A DNA stretch of 64,000 nt. Source: Staphylococcus phage S6. The notes below the pieces were generated by a model. The model was not told the origin of the DNA. It ran no database searches and worked only from the letters and a program-made list of their open reading frames with translations. Of this stretch, positions 63,946-64,000 are shown one piece after another. The DNA lies in sequence record LC680885.1. The stretch is one strand, 5' to 3'. The first letter of the stretch is position 1. Each line of letters begins with the position of its first letter. Position numbers and translations under genes: made by a program.

Positions 63946-64000
63946 TTTCAGGTTTAAAACGGTCTTTAAGTCTAGGATATAGACGTAGATGCGCTTTACG

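Overview
The window is AT-rich (roughly 27-30% GC by eye) and every convincing gene is on the + strand; all minus-strand ORFs in the track look spurious. Genes are densely packed and punctuated by many GC-stem hairpins followed by T-runs. The content reads as the early/middle (DNA metabolism and host takeover) region of a large virulent phage of a low-GC Gram-positive host, supported by Gram-positive lipoboxes, AGGAG Shine-Dalgarno sites and TTG/GTG starts. Recognisable products are:
- two type II topoisomerase subunits: one GyrB-like, and one GyrA-like that is interrupted by an intein directly after the catalytic Tyr;
- an NAD-dependent DNA ligase and a RecA/UvsX-like recombinase;
- a metallo-beta-lactamase-fold hydrolase, a staphylococcal-nuclease-like nuclease and two free-standing HNH endonucleases;
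- an Amidase_2 peptidoglycan hydrolase with two PG-binding repeats;
- a membrane GT2 glycosyltransferase flanked by lipoproteins;
- two different, divergent homologues of the C-terminal half of RNA polymerase beta. This suggests phage-encoded multisubunit RNAP(s) of the phiKZ/AR9 type.
One of the beta-like genes is split by a roughly 1.9 kb group II intron (GUGUG 5' end, canonical domain V AGCCGUAU...ACGUACGGUU, domain VI with bulged A, AU 3' end). Its domain IV ORF is not a reverse transcriptase but a five-fold Zn-ribbon plus PD-(D/E)xK-like endonuclease.
The most unusual locus is 6.3-9.1 kb. It is a free-standing reverse transcriptase (motifs 1-7, FDISKFF, YADD, xTGxxV; roughly 200 aa N-terminal extension). 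Upstream of it lies an array of five approximately 200-bp-spaced direct repeats with core CATATGAATACGTATRAT, three of them with near-consensus sigma-A promoter geometry. Each repeat is followed by its own GC-rich, highly structured non-coding segment, and the array ends in a strong terminator just before the RT. I read this as a candidate phage-borne RT plus multi-ncRNA (retron/DRT-like) system.
Other notable structure:
- a tandem array of seven diverged paralogues (MKYYxL...GI..ILGLD N-terminus, EKEYK..V.NTFK C-terminus), with three more family members elsewhere;
- dispersed promoter/stem-loop cassettes (AAATATATATTATAA + GAGGTAATGACA hairpin + TAATATAT), comparable to PeSL elements of T4-type phages;
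- a conserved translation-initiation block TAGGAGAKTGAAWTGGATAATG, which creates artefactual MKWIM N-termini in the ORF track;
- several small membrane-protein paralogue clusters.
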